The position numbers and the translations under genes are program-made. Positions 26,681-35,420 of a stretch of DNA of 64,000 bases are shown piece by piece. The DNA comes from Gemmatimonadales bacterium (GTDB lineage: Bacteria > Gemmatimonadota > Gemmatimonadetes > Longimicrobiales > Gaopeijiaceae): the NCBI GenBank assembly GCA_007692665.1, contig REBP01000235.1, positions 26 to 64,025 of the forward strand, in the 5' to 3' direction. The notes beneath the pieces were generated by a model. The model ran no database searches. It had not been told where the DNA came from and saw nothing but the letters and a program-made list of their open reading frames with translations. Within the stretch, counting starts at the first letter, position 1; each line of letters starts with the position of its first letter.

Positions 26681-27960
26681 AGGGACCTCAGCGCGTCGGG
26701 GATCTCCCACGCGGGAAGGACGGTTGCGGGTTCCACGGCCCTGCGGAAATCGCGGAGGGGAAGAGAGTCGATGAAGAGGTCGTCCTGATTCAAGGTTTCT
26801 GCCGGCAGAAGGATGAGGTCCCCCGGGGACGGTTCCCGCCCCCGGGCCGCGTCCAGCAGGTCCGCCCCGGCGAGAAGGCCGGCCACGGTAACGGTTTCCC
26901 CGTAGAACCGGTTGGTGACCGCGGTCACCTCCACCGAGGTCCCCCCCAGAGCCTGGCTGAGGCGGTCCGAACGTTCCATGAGGAAGGGTGCCATCGAGCG
27001 GCCCGTAAGGATCTGGATCCGTCGGCCCGGTCCCAGGTGGGGAAGCGTGGGGAGCGAGGCATCCAGGTCGTCGATGAAGCGCCGCACCGAGCCGACCCCG
27101 TTTTCCATCAGGGAGCCGTCATCGTAGTAGGTCGTGCCGGGCACTTCGAGGCGGGCGTTCAGATACATCTCGTCGGCGGAATAGGCCCACCCGAATCCGC
27201 GCTCGGCGAGGGCTCGCTGGCGGGCGCGGTCCACCTGGGCAACCGATTCCGCCGCCTCGGCCACGGTCAGGGGGCGAACGGGGCGATTCAGATTGTACTT
27301 GGTCAGCCCCACGGGCACCACGGAGAGGGAACGAATGCCCTCCCCCAGCGACCACAGGTCGTCGATGGTTCGGTCCAGATGCGCCCCGTTGTTCCATTCC
27401 GGACAGAGGACGATCTGGGTGTGGACCTCGAGCCCCCCATCCAGGAGTTCCCGCAGCTGGTCCATGATGAGCCCGGCCCGCTCGTTCTTGAGGAGCCGGA
27501 TGCGCACGTCGGGCTCGGTGGCGTGGACGCTCACGTAGAGGGGCGAGAGGCGCTGTTCGATGAGCCGCTGCAGTCCCCGAGGCCCCAGGTTCGTGAGCGT
27601 GACGTAGCTTCCATAGGTGAACGACAGTCGGAAGTCATCGTCCCGAAGCCAGAGCGATCCGCGCACGTCCTTCGGGTTCCCGTCGATGAAGCAGAAGACG
27701 CACTCGTTGGCGCACTCCCGGATCGTGTCCGGAGCCGGCACGATGCCGACGGGCTCCCCGGGGTCCCGATCCAGCTCGTAGATCACCCGGTTGCCGTCGG
27801 GGTCCACGGTCTCGAGTTCGAGTTCGGAGTCGGCCAGGAGAAAGGTGAAATCGATCCCGTCCCGGACCTTTTCCCCATTGATGCGCACGACGCGGGTGCC
27901 GATGCGGAGCTCCAGCTCCTCGGCGATGCTTCCCCGTTCGATTTCGGCAATGGTGATCAC
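26677..27960 (-). CDS. DUF512 protein, radical-SAM-like with an N-terminal PDZ-like segment
   Basis: The CxxxCxxC triad CANECVFC is present. The start is chosen at GTG 27960, preceded by AGGA. The upstream 73 codons of the long ORF translate to low-complexity junk. Confidence 0.75.
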   Translation of the reverse strand: MITIAEIERGSIAEELELRIGTRVVRINGEKVRDGIDFTFLLADSELELETVDPDGNRVIYELDRDPGEPVGIVPAPDTIRECANECVFCFIDGNPKDVRGSLWLRDDDFRLSFTYGSYVTLTNLGPRGLQRLIEQRLSPLYVSVHATEPDVRIRLLKNERAGLIMDQLRELLDGGLEVHTQIVLCPEWNNGAHLDRTIDDLWSLGEGIRSLSVVPVGLTKYNLNRPVRPLTVAEAAESVAQVDRARQRALAERGFGWAYSADEMYLNARLEVPGTTYYDDGSLMENGVGSVRRFIDDLDASLPTLPHLGPGRRIQILTGRSMAPFLMERSDRLSQALGGTSVEVTAVTNRFYGETVTVAGLLAGADLLDAARGREPSPGDLILLPAETLNQDDLFIDSLPLRDFRRAVEPATVLPAWEIPDALRSL

Positions 27961-28221
27961 GTAAGGTCCTGTCCTGTAAATGTGCGGGTCATGGCCCTGG
28001 CGTTCCGCGCCCCCTTCCACGTCGCTGGGGTCGTGGTTGCGAGGGTGCGGATCTTCGCGGGTCGTCGTGCCCGATGCGGCACCGGTCGTGCTGCCGGTCG
28101 CCCGTACCCGGCGATGGATCGACGGGGACGGTTGCCCACTGAGCAGTGGAGAAGAACTCCTGTAACCGCGTCGATTCACAGCTTTGAAGAATAACGGATT
28201 AGGGGATTCTTCTCAACGAGG

Positions 28222-29544
28222 ATGCGAAGGTTTTCCCTCGACCGGAACCTGCCCGGAGCGCCGCCGGTATTCTCGATCATGAATCACTTCCAGTCCAGCA
28301 CGCCCCTTTCGCGGGGCTTTTCCGCATCCGCGCACCCACATGGCCCGGGCCGTGCTCCGTGCAGCCCGTGGACGTCCATCCTGGCGAAGCTTCCCGTTCT
28401 CGTGGTCCTTCTGACCGCGTCCGGCTGCGCCGTCGCCGAGCGCGTCGAGGAGGCTTTTCGGGGGGAGACACCACGCGAGCGCTACGTCGAGGGGCTCGAC
28501 CGGGCCGGCCTGGACGGGACACTCCTCGGGAGCAGCTGGATGCGCGTCGGCGAAGCCGCCCTCGAATCGGGTCCCCTGGTAGCTCTCCCCCACCGCGAGG
28601 AGGGGGTGCTGCTTCCGGAAGAGCCCACCGCTCTCTCCGCCTCCTTCGACCTTCGCCGGGGGGAATACCTGCAGGTCGTCTTCACCCGGCAGGAGGACGG
28701 CGACTCGGTGGACGAGGCCCGGGAGTGGGGATCGGGCTCCCGTGTGTTCATCGACCTGCACCGTCTCCGGGACCCGGACCGCCCGACCGAGGAGGGCGGC
28801 CCGCGCCCCATCACGCTGGCATGGAGCGAGGCGGGCTCAGGCCTCGCGGACACGCTGGTTCACGAGGCCTCCGTTTCGGGAAGGTACCTGGCAAGGGCTC
28901 AGCCCGAGCTTCTCGCCGGGGGCAGTTTCACCCTGGAGATCCGGTCCGGCCCCTCCATGGACTTCCCCGTGGCAGGTCGCACGACCCGCGATATCCAGAG
29001 CCGGTTCGGCGCTGCCCGCGACGGAGGCCGCCGCGAGCACCACGGGGTCGACATCTTCGCGCCCCGCGGCACCCCCGTTCTCGCAGCCGGGCCGGGGGTC
29101 GTTCGACGGGTCAACGAGACCCCCATCGGGGGAAAGGTGGTGTGGGTCTTCGACCAGGAGCGGAATCTCTCTCGCTACTACGCCCACCTGGACTCCCAGG
29201 CGGTGGAGGCCGGGCGCCGGGTCGAGCCCGGAGACACCCTCGGTACGGTGGGAAACACCGGAAACGCCCGCACCACGCCCCCCCACCTGCACTTCGGCAT
29301 CTACGTCCGGGGCGAGGGGCCGGTGGATCCCTGGCCCTACCTGTACCAGCCGGCCAGCCCCCTCCCTCCGGTCCGCGTTGACCCGGCCCGCTTCGGCACC
29401 GCCGGGACGGTGCGTGCGGATGACGTCCCGGTCCGGATCGTCTCGGGGAGCGGCAACCTCTACCGGGTGCGCACCCGCGGGGACGGCCAGCATCGGCATT
29501 CCCTGGTTCCTGCCGAAGCACTGTCTCCGCAGGCGGCTCCTTGA
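28222..29544 (+). CDS. M23-family metallopeptidase, probable lipoprotein
   Basis: HHGVDIFAPRGTPV ... GNTGNARTTPPHLHFGIY are the HxxxD and HxH motifs. Lipobox LLTASGC. The start is ambiguous (ATG 28222 or ATG 28279). Confidence 0.85.
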   Translation: MRRFSLDRNLPGAPPVFSIMNHFQSSTPLSRGFSASAHPHGPGRAPCSPWTSILAKLPVLVVLLTASGCAVAERVEEAFRGETPRERYVEGLDRAGLDGTLLGSSWMRVGEAALESGPLVALPHREEGVLLPEEPTALSASFDLRRGEYLQVVFTRQEDGDSVDEAREWGSGSRVFIDLHRLRDPDRPTEEGGPRPITLAWSEAGSGLADTLVHEASVSGRYLARAQPELLAGGSFTLEIRSGPSMDFPVAGRTTRDIQSRFGAARDGGRREHHGVDIFAPRGTPVLAAGPGVVRRVNETPIGGKVVWVFDQERNLSRYYAHLDSQAVEAGRRVEPGDTLGTVGNTGNARTTPPHLHFGIYVRGEGPVDPWPYLYQPASPLPPVRVDPARFGTAGTVRADDVPVRIVSGSGNLYRVRTRGDGQHRHSLVPAEALSPQAAP

Positions 29545-30101
29545 AGGCCCCTCGCGCTCTCCACGAACTGGATGACCTCCGGGGCAGGCTCCTGGACGAG
29601 GTCCGCGCCTCCCCGCAGCACATCCGCACGGCACAGGCTGGAACGGGGGACGGGTGGACAGCAGTCCAGGTCCTTCAGCACCTCCTCCTGGTGGAATCCC
29701 TGGTCCTGTCGGGACTTGACCGGGACGCCGGGAATGACCGGCGCCGCCGCCGCCGCACGGTTCGGGACCGGGTCGGGGGAATCGCGGTTTCGCTGGTCTT
29801 CCTTCTCCGAATCCGCGTTCGGATGCCGACACGTCGGGTTGATCCCGTGCCCCCCCTCTCCTTCGAAGAGGTGGAGGCGCGGTGGACCACTGTCGGAGCC
29901 GAACTCGGCCTTCGACTTCGGGAGGCCGCGGCCCTGGCACCGGAACGGGCGGTCATGCGCCACCCGGTCTCCGGCCCTCTCTCCCCCCCGGACACGGCGG
30001 CTTTCCTGCTGAAGCACATGCGTCACCACGAACGCCAACTCCACCGGATCCTCGCCGCCGGCCCGCCCCGCCCCTCGACCGAGGCTGCACAGGGCCGCTG
30101 A
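29541..30101 (+). CDS. DinB-superfamily protein
   Basis: TTG at 29541 overlaps the upstream stop. It has a four-helix DinB-like pattern with conserved His (VLQHLLLVE ... HMRHHERQ). Confidence 0.6.
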   Translation: MKAPRALHELDDLRGRLLDEVRASPQHIRTAQAGTGDGWTAVQVLQHLLLVESLVLSGLDRDAGNDRRRRRRTVRDRVGGIAVSLVFLLRIRVRMPTRRVDPVPPLSFEEVEARWTTVGAELGLRLREAAALAPERAVMRHPVSGPLSPPDTAAFLLKHMRHHERQLHRILAAGPPRPSTEAAQGR

Positions 30102-30240
30102 AGGCCGCCGGTGTGCACTCCCCCTCCACACGGGGCGCACACGGGGCACACCCACGGGGCAACGGGGGGGGGTACGCTCCAGGCTTCCCTCGCTCCCGCC
30201 CTCGCTTCCCCCTCCCCTCGGCTTCATTCTCGTTCCGGAC

Positions 30241-30279
30241 GAAAAAGCCCCCCGTCGCCGGCAAGGCAACGGGGGGCTT
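30241..30279 (-). terminator. intrinsic terminator downstream of tRNA-Gly
   Basis: AAGCCCCCCGT (30245..30255) pairs with ACGGGGGGCTT (30269..30279). On the minus strand the stem is followed by TTTTT. Confidence 0.8.
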
Positions 30280-30301
30280 CGATTTCAATGCCGGATCTTC
30301 A

Positions 30302-30374
30302 AGCGGGCGACCGGATTCGAACCGGCGACCCTCAGCTTGGGAAGCTGATGCTCTACCAACTGAGCTACGCCCGC
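30302..30374 (-). tRNA. tRNA-Gly (anticodon CCC)
   Basis: The reverse complement GCGGGCGTAGCTCAGTTGGTAGAGCATCAGCTTCCCAAGCTGAGGGTCGCCGGTTCGAATCCGGTCGCCCGCT folds as a cloverleaf with anticodon loop TTCCCAA. Confidence 0.95.
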
Positions 30375-30464
30375 AGCAGCACCCGGAATGTAGCGCGGCC
30401 AGCCCCGCCGTCAAGCGGGACCAGCCGCGCAACACGCTGGATCAACGGCTTCCGGGGTGGGGAA

Positions 30465-31913
30465 TCAGTCCATGACCCGGTAGCCGTACCCGAACAGGTC
30501 TCCGTCCGGAATTTCGACTTCGAAGGCCCGGGCCTCGCCCTCGCCCTCGAAGCGTACCGTCGTCTCGCGGGTGCCAATCTCGGCCCCGCGAACATCGTAG
30601 AACGTGAACCGAAGGCGAACCTCGGTGCCCGCCGGGGCGGTGTGGTTCGAAAGCTGTCCCGCCAGGACGACGTCCGATCCACCGGGACGGATCGTGATCT
30701 CATCCATGACGATGGGGAGATCCTCGCCCGTGGTGTAGACATCCATGGCCTCGTCCTCGCGGCCGAGCTGCAGGAGGGCATTGGCCCGGAAGCGGTAGGC
30801 CAGCGCGTTGAGCTCGTCAATCTCGAGGAGCTTGGCCGTGACCTGCTCGAGCTCGGTCCACTCCTCGTTGATGTACAGCGTCTGCGCGAAGTTGAACACG
30901 GCATCGCGATGGTTCGGAACCACCTCGAACGTCCGGCGGAAGGCCTGCTCGGCTCCCTCGAACTGCTCGACCTGGTACAGCCCGACCCCGATGGTGAAGT
31001 AGTCGGAGGCGTTGAGGTTGTCGCGGGCAAGAAGGTCCGCGAAGAGATCCTGGGCATCCGCTCCCCGGCCCCCGGCCACGAGGGCCGACGCATAGGCGGT
31101 CAGATGCTCCAGGTTGTCCGGGTCTTCCTCCACGAGCATCGCGTAGGCGTCTGCCGCTTCGTCGAAACGGTCTGCGCGAAGGAGAAGCTGGGCACGGTTC
31201 ACCATGGCCGGTTCCCTGAGGGCTCGCCACGACTCGCGCATCTCCTCGTCATCCACCCGGTCGTACCAGGGCCCGTCGATGATCTCCACGACCTGCCCGA
31301 AGGCCTCCGCGGACTCCTCGTAGCGACCCTGCTGGGCATAGATGCTTCCGAGGTTCAGCAAGGCCTCCGGACGGAACTGGTAGATGGAGTTGGCCAGCTC
31401 GAAGGACTGGACTGCAGCGTCCTGATTGTCGGCCTCGATGTAGGCGACACCCTGATTGTAGGCTTCGATCCATGCTGCTTCCCGAAGTCCGATGGTCTCG
31501 AGGATGTACGGGGGATGAAGCTCCTCGGCACGGTCGAAGCGTGCAGCGGCCTCCTCGATCCGATCCAGCCCCATCAGGGCCTCACCGGCCTGGAGGTAGG
31601 ACTGGGGGTTTTCCGGGTCCTCGGCGATTCCTGCCTCGGCATGACCGAGGGCATCCTGGTACCTCGTCCGGGCCTGCTCCTCGGAAGACGCGGCACTTGC
31701 CTGGATCAGCGAGATTGCGGCCTGGTTCGTGTGATCGTTGTCCCGGGGCTCGATGCCCTGGGGGAGATCCGTGATCCACTGGGGGAGTTCGTCGCCCTCG
31801 GCGCCCGCACCCAGCACTGTGCTGTCGGGAGCACGCGTTTCACCCGCAGTCGCGCACCCACCCACGAAGAGTGCCGCTCCCAGGACCGCGACGGCCCCGA
31901 ATCGGAAATTCAT
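30465..31913 (-). CDS. tetratricopeptide-repeat lipoprotein
   Basis: ATG at 31913, preceded by GGAGG. Signal and lipobox MNFRFGAVAVLGAALFVGGC, then many TPR-like repeats and a beta-rich C-terminal domain. Confidence 0.75.
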   Translation of the reverse strand: MNFRFGAVAVLGAALFVGGCATAGETRAPDSTVLGAGAEGDELPQWITDLPQGIEPRDNDHTNQAAISLIQASAASSEEQARTRYQDALGHAEAGIAEDPENPQSYLQAGEALMGLDRIEEAAARFDRAEELHPPYILETIGLREAAWIEAYNQGVAYIEADNQDAAVQSFELANSIYQFRPEALLNLGSIYAQQGRYEESAEAFGQVVEIIDGPWYDRVDDEEMRESWRALREPAMVNRAQLLLRADRFDEAADAYAMLVEEDPDNLEHLTAYASALVAGGRGADAQDLFADLLARDNLNASDYFTIGVGLYQVEQFEGAEQAFRRTFEVVPNHRDAVFNFAQTLYINEEWTELEQVTAKLLEIDELNALAYRFRANALLQLGREDEAMDVYTTGEDLPIVMDEITIRPGGSDVVLAGQLSNHTAPAGTEVRLRFTFYDVRGAEIGTRETTVRFEGEGEARAFEVEIPDGDLFGYGYRVMD

Positions 31914-32072
31914 CCAGCTATCCTCCCTGTAGCGTTCCAAGAGATCCTGTCCTTGCGGACAGGAGGCGGGTGCCTCACCGGAGGGTGAGCCCCGCCATCT
32001 TCCCTGCAAATCCATGGTAACCCAGTAAGCTACCGAGGATCCCGGAGCCACGTCAAACGTGGACGGGCTCGT

Positions 32073-33500
32073 TCACTCCGCAGCTTGGAGGCGTTCCAGC
32101 GTTGTCTCGCGGCCCAGGGCGGCGAGCACCAGGCCCAGGTCCGGCCCGGACCGGGTGCCGCAGAGGGCCAGGCGTACCGGGTGAAAGAGAGACGGTCCGC
32201 GCGCTCCCACTTCCTTTCCCGCATCCCGCACCGCCTGCCCCAGCACGTCCGCCTCCCAGGACGAGAGCGCCGCCAGCGCCGCCCGGACGCCGCCCACGAT
32301 GCGGCGGGCCTCCGCACCCTCCTCCCGAACCTCCCTGACCCCTGACTCGAGCACCGCAGGTCCGGGATGCAGGATCGCCAGCGTGTCGTTCACCTCTCCC
32401 AGCGTGTGCAGCCGCGTGCGGATCGCTTCCACGGACCGCAGAAGTTCCTCCCCCTCCATGGGAAAGCGCGCGCGGTCGAGGAACGGCTCCAGTGCCTGCA
32501 CGAGTTCCTGCAGGGAAAGGAGGGCCAGGTGCTGGGCCGACATCCACCGCAGCTTTTCCGGATCGAAGACGGCGTCGGAGGCGCCCACGCGGTCCAGCGT
32601 GAGTTCGGACTCCAGCTCCTCCCGGGTCAGAACCTCCCGGTCGTCCCCCGGGGACCACCCCAGCAGTGACAGGTAGTTGACAACGGCGTCGGGGGGATAC
32701 CCTTCGGCGCGGAGCTCTCCGATACCGGAGGCCCCTTCACGCTTCGAGAGCTTCTTCCGGTCGGCCCCCAGGACCATCGGAAGGTGTGCAAAAACCGGGC
32801 GCGGGGCCGCAAGGGCATCGAAGAGAAGGACCTGCTTGGGGGTGTTGGAAAGGTGTCCCGCACCCCGGATCACGTGGGTGATCTCCATGTCGATGTCGTC
32901 CACCACCACGGCGAAATTGTAGGTGGGGCGCCCGTCGGCCCGGAGGATCACGAAGTCTCCAACGTCGCCGCCATGAAACGAGACGGAGCCCCGCACGGCG
33001 TCGTGGAACTCGATGCGCGCGTCCGGCACCGGAAACCGGATGGCTGCGGCCTCCCCGGCAAGGACCCGCCTCTCCGCCTCGGCGGCGTCCCCGACCTGGC
33101 ACCCGCCGGGACACCCCACGCCGGGCGCCCCCCCCTCCCCTTCCTCCCGGAGTGTGGCCAGCCGTTCGTCGGAGCAGAAGCAGCGATAGGCGCGTCCCCC
33201 CGCGAGGAGCCCCATGGCCACCGCCCGGTGCCGGTCGGCCCGCTCGCTCTGGCGATAGGGCCCGAAGGGTCCCTCCCGGTCCGGCCCCTCGTCCCAGTGC
33301 AGCCCGGCCCACGCCAGGTCCTCGAGGATCGCCTCCAGCGAACCCGGCACGTTCCGGTCCCGGTCCGTGTCCTCCACCCGGATGACGAAGGCGCCGCCGT
33401 GGTGACGTGCGAACAGGTGGTTGAAGACGGCGATCCGAAGGTTTCCCAGGTGGAGCTGGCCGGTGGGGCTGGGTGCGAAGCGGGTGCGGACCATGGGCAT
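32073..33500 (-). CDS. gltX: glutamate--tRNA ligase
   Basis: RFAPSPTGQLHLGN is the HIGH region and KLSKR is the KMSKS-type motif. Confidence 0.93.
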   Translation of the reverse strand: MPMVRTRFAPSPTGQLHLGNLRIAVFNHLFARHHGGAFVIRVEDTDRDRNVPGSLEAILEDLAWAGLHWDEGPDREGPFGPYRQSERADRHRAVAMGLLAGGRAYRCFCSDERLATLREEGEGGAPGVGCPGGCQVGDAAEAERRVLAGEAAAIRFPVPDARIEFHDAVRGSVSFHGGDVGDFVILRADGRPTYNFAVVVDDIDMEITHVIRGAGHLSNTPKQVLLFDALAAPRPVFAHLPMVLGADRKKLSKREGASGIGELRAEGYPPDAVVNYLSLLGWSPGDDREVLTREELESELTLDRVGASDAVFDPEKLRWMSAQHLALLSLQELVQALEPFLDRARFPMEGEELLRSVEAIRTRLHTLGEVNDTLAILHPGPAVLESGVREVREEGAEARRIVGGVRAALAALSSWEADVLGQAVRDAGKEVGARGPSLFHPVRLALCGTRSGPDLGLVLAALGRETTLERLQAAE

Positions 33501-33575
33501 GGACTCGTCGATATCGGGGGGTCCGGAAGCGCAGGGGGGCCGGTCGCAGGGGCGTGCGCCGGGGACCGGGCTCCG

Positions 33576-35420
33576 TCAGGATGCAGTGTCGCCTTCAAGG
33601 TACTCCAGGATGCGCTCTGCCAGAACCCGCGAGAACCCCGGCACCCTCGAGATCCCGTCCGGTCCCGCCTCCCTGACCCCGTGCACGGACCCGAAGCGCG
33701 TGAGGAGCGCGCGCTGCCGGGCAGGACCCACCCCCGGGATGTCCCCCAGCTCGCTCCGGATCGTCCGCTTCGTCCGGAGCTTCCGGTTGTACGACACCGC
33801 GAACCGGTGGGCCTCGTTACGCACCCGCTGGAGGAGCCGGAGCGAAGGGTCCCGCCGGGGGATCCGCACCGGGTCCCGCCGCCCGGGAAGGAAGACCTCC
33901 TCCTCCTTCTTCGCCAGCGCACACACCGCCACCTCCTCGGTCCCCAGGGCCACCAGGACCGGGAGCACGGCCGAGAGCTGCCCCTTTCCGCCATCGATGA
34001 CGATGAGTTCCGGCAGGGGGGCGTTCTCGTCGAGTCGCCGCTTCAGGTATCGCTCCACCGCCTCGGCCATGGACCGGTAGTCGTCGTTCCCCCAGTCCCC
34101 CCGGATCCGCATGTGGCGGTAGAGCGCCTTCCGGGGCTCGCCGTTCTCGAAGGCCACCGCCGACGCCACCACTTCGGTCCCCCCGGTGTGCGAGATGTCG
34201 AAACAGACGATGAAGCGTGGCACGACCTTGAGCCCCAGCCGCTCCTGCAGGTCGTAGAGCAGGGTGTCGGCCCGGTCCGGCGCCACCTCCGGATCCCCCT
34301 CCGCCGCCACCCGGTCCTCGAGCACGTGGCGGGCATTGGTCCGGGCCAGCTCCATGAGCCGCACCTTGCCGCCCCGCTGCGGCACACGCAGTTCCACCTT
34401 CCGCCCGGCGCGCTCGCCGAGCACACCCTCGAGCACCGCCCGGTCCTCGAACTCCAGGGGGAGCAGGATCTCCGCCGGCAGTTCCTGGATGCCCACCTCG
34501 CCCCTTCCGAGGTAGTACCGGGATGCGAAGGCCTGCAGCAGGTCGGCGTCGTTGTCTCCTGCGAGCCCCTCGAACCGGTGGGTTTCCCGACCCAGGAGGG
34601 TGCCGCGGCGGATCCGCAGGACCACGGCGGCACCGTCGTCGCCGTCCCGGGCGATCCCCACCACGTCCTGGTCCCCGCCGTCGACCCGTTCCACGAGCTG
34701 CTCCCGGGCCAGGGACTCGATGCCCGCGAGGATGTCCCGGAACCTCCCGGCGTCCTCGAACCGGTGCTCCACCGCCGCCGTGCGCATCTCCGCCTCCATC
34801 TCCTTCCGGAGGGCCGTCGTGTTCCCCTCCAGGATGTGGATCAGGTCGTCGATGTCGGCCCGGTAGGCCTCCCGGCTCTGCCAGCCCACGCAGGGGGCCT
34901 GGCACCGGTGGATGTGGTAATCCAGGCAGGGCCGCGGGGGCGCCTCCTTCGGGAGCCGGTAGCGGCACGACCGCACCGTGTGCACCCGCTTCAGGTGCTC
35001 CAGCGCCTGCCGAAGCGCACCCACCCGGGTGAACGGGCCGAAATAGCGGGCGCCGTCCTCCCGGACGTTCCGCGTGATCCAGACCCTCGGGAAGGGCTCG
35101 TTCACCGTGACCTTCACGTACGGATACCGCTTGTCGTCGCGGAGCTGGATGTTGAAGCGGGGGCGGTGCTCCTTGATGAGGTTGGACTCGAGGAGGAGGG
35201 CCTCGGCCTCGGAGTCCACGACGATGGTGTCCACGTCCACGGCCCTGTGGCCCAGCTGCTGGAGGCGGATGCCCCGGTTCCGGTCGTGGCGGAAGTAGCT
35301 CCGCACCCGGGTCCGGAGGGACTTGGCCTTCCCGATGTACAGGATGTCGCCCTTCGAATCCCGGAACAGGTACACGCCCGGTGCGGTGGGAAGGGCGTCG
35401 AGGCGGCGGTCGTCGATCAT
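33576..35420 (-). CDS. uvrC: excinuclease ABC subunit C
   Basis: ATG at 35420 inside ORF 33576..37049. GIY-YIG (GVYLFRDSKGDILYIGKA), a UVR domain, an endonuclease V-like domain and a C-terminal HhH. ATGA overlap with the murJ stop. Confidence 0.93.
   Translation of the reverse strand: MIDDRRLDALPTAPGVYLFRDSKGDILYIGKAKSLRTRVRSYFRHDRNRGIRLQQLGHRAVDVDTIVVDSEAEALLLESNLIKEHRPRFNIQLRDDKRYPYVKVTVNEPFPRVWITRNVREDGARYFGPFTRVGALRQALEHLKRVHTVRSCRYRLPKEAPPRPCLDYHIHRCQAPCVGWQSREAYRADIDDLIHILEGNTTALRKEMEAEMRTAAVEHRFEDAGRFRDILAGIESLAREQLVERVDGGDQDVVGIARDGDDGAAVVLRIRRGTLLGRETHRFEGLAGDNDADLLQAFASRYYLGRGEVGIQELPAEILLPLEFEDRAVLEGVLGERAGRKVELRVPQRGGKVRLMELARTNARHVLEDRVAAEGDPEVAPDRADTLLYDLQERLGLKVVPRFIVCFDISHTGGTEVVASAVAFENGEPRKALYRHMRIRGDWGNDDYRSMAEAVERYLKRRLDENAPLPELIVIDGGKGQLSAVLPVLVALGTEEVAVCALAKKEEEVFLPGRRDPVRIPRRDPSLRLLQRVRNEAHRFAVSYNRKLRTKRTIRSELGDIPGVGPARQRALLTRFGSVHGVREAGPDGISRVPGFSRVLAERILEYLEGDTAS

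Noticed and set aside
28180-28221. An AT-richer patch with a 7-bp hairpin (GAAGAAT...ATTCTTC) in the divergent region between DUF512 and the M23 peptidase, considered as a defined promoter or operator.
   Set aside because: I could not identify convincing -35/-10 hexamers with proper spacing. It probably is the divergent promoter region, but nothing specific can be supported.
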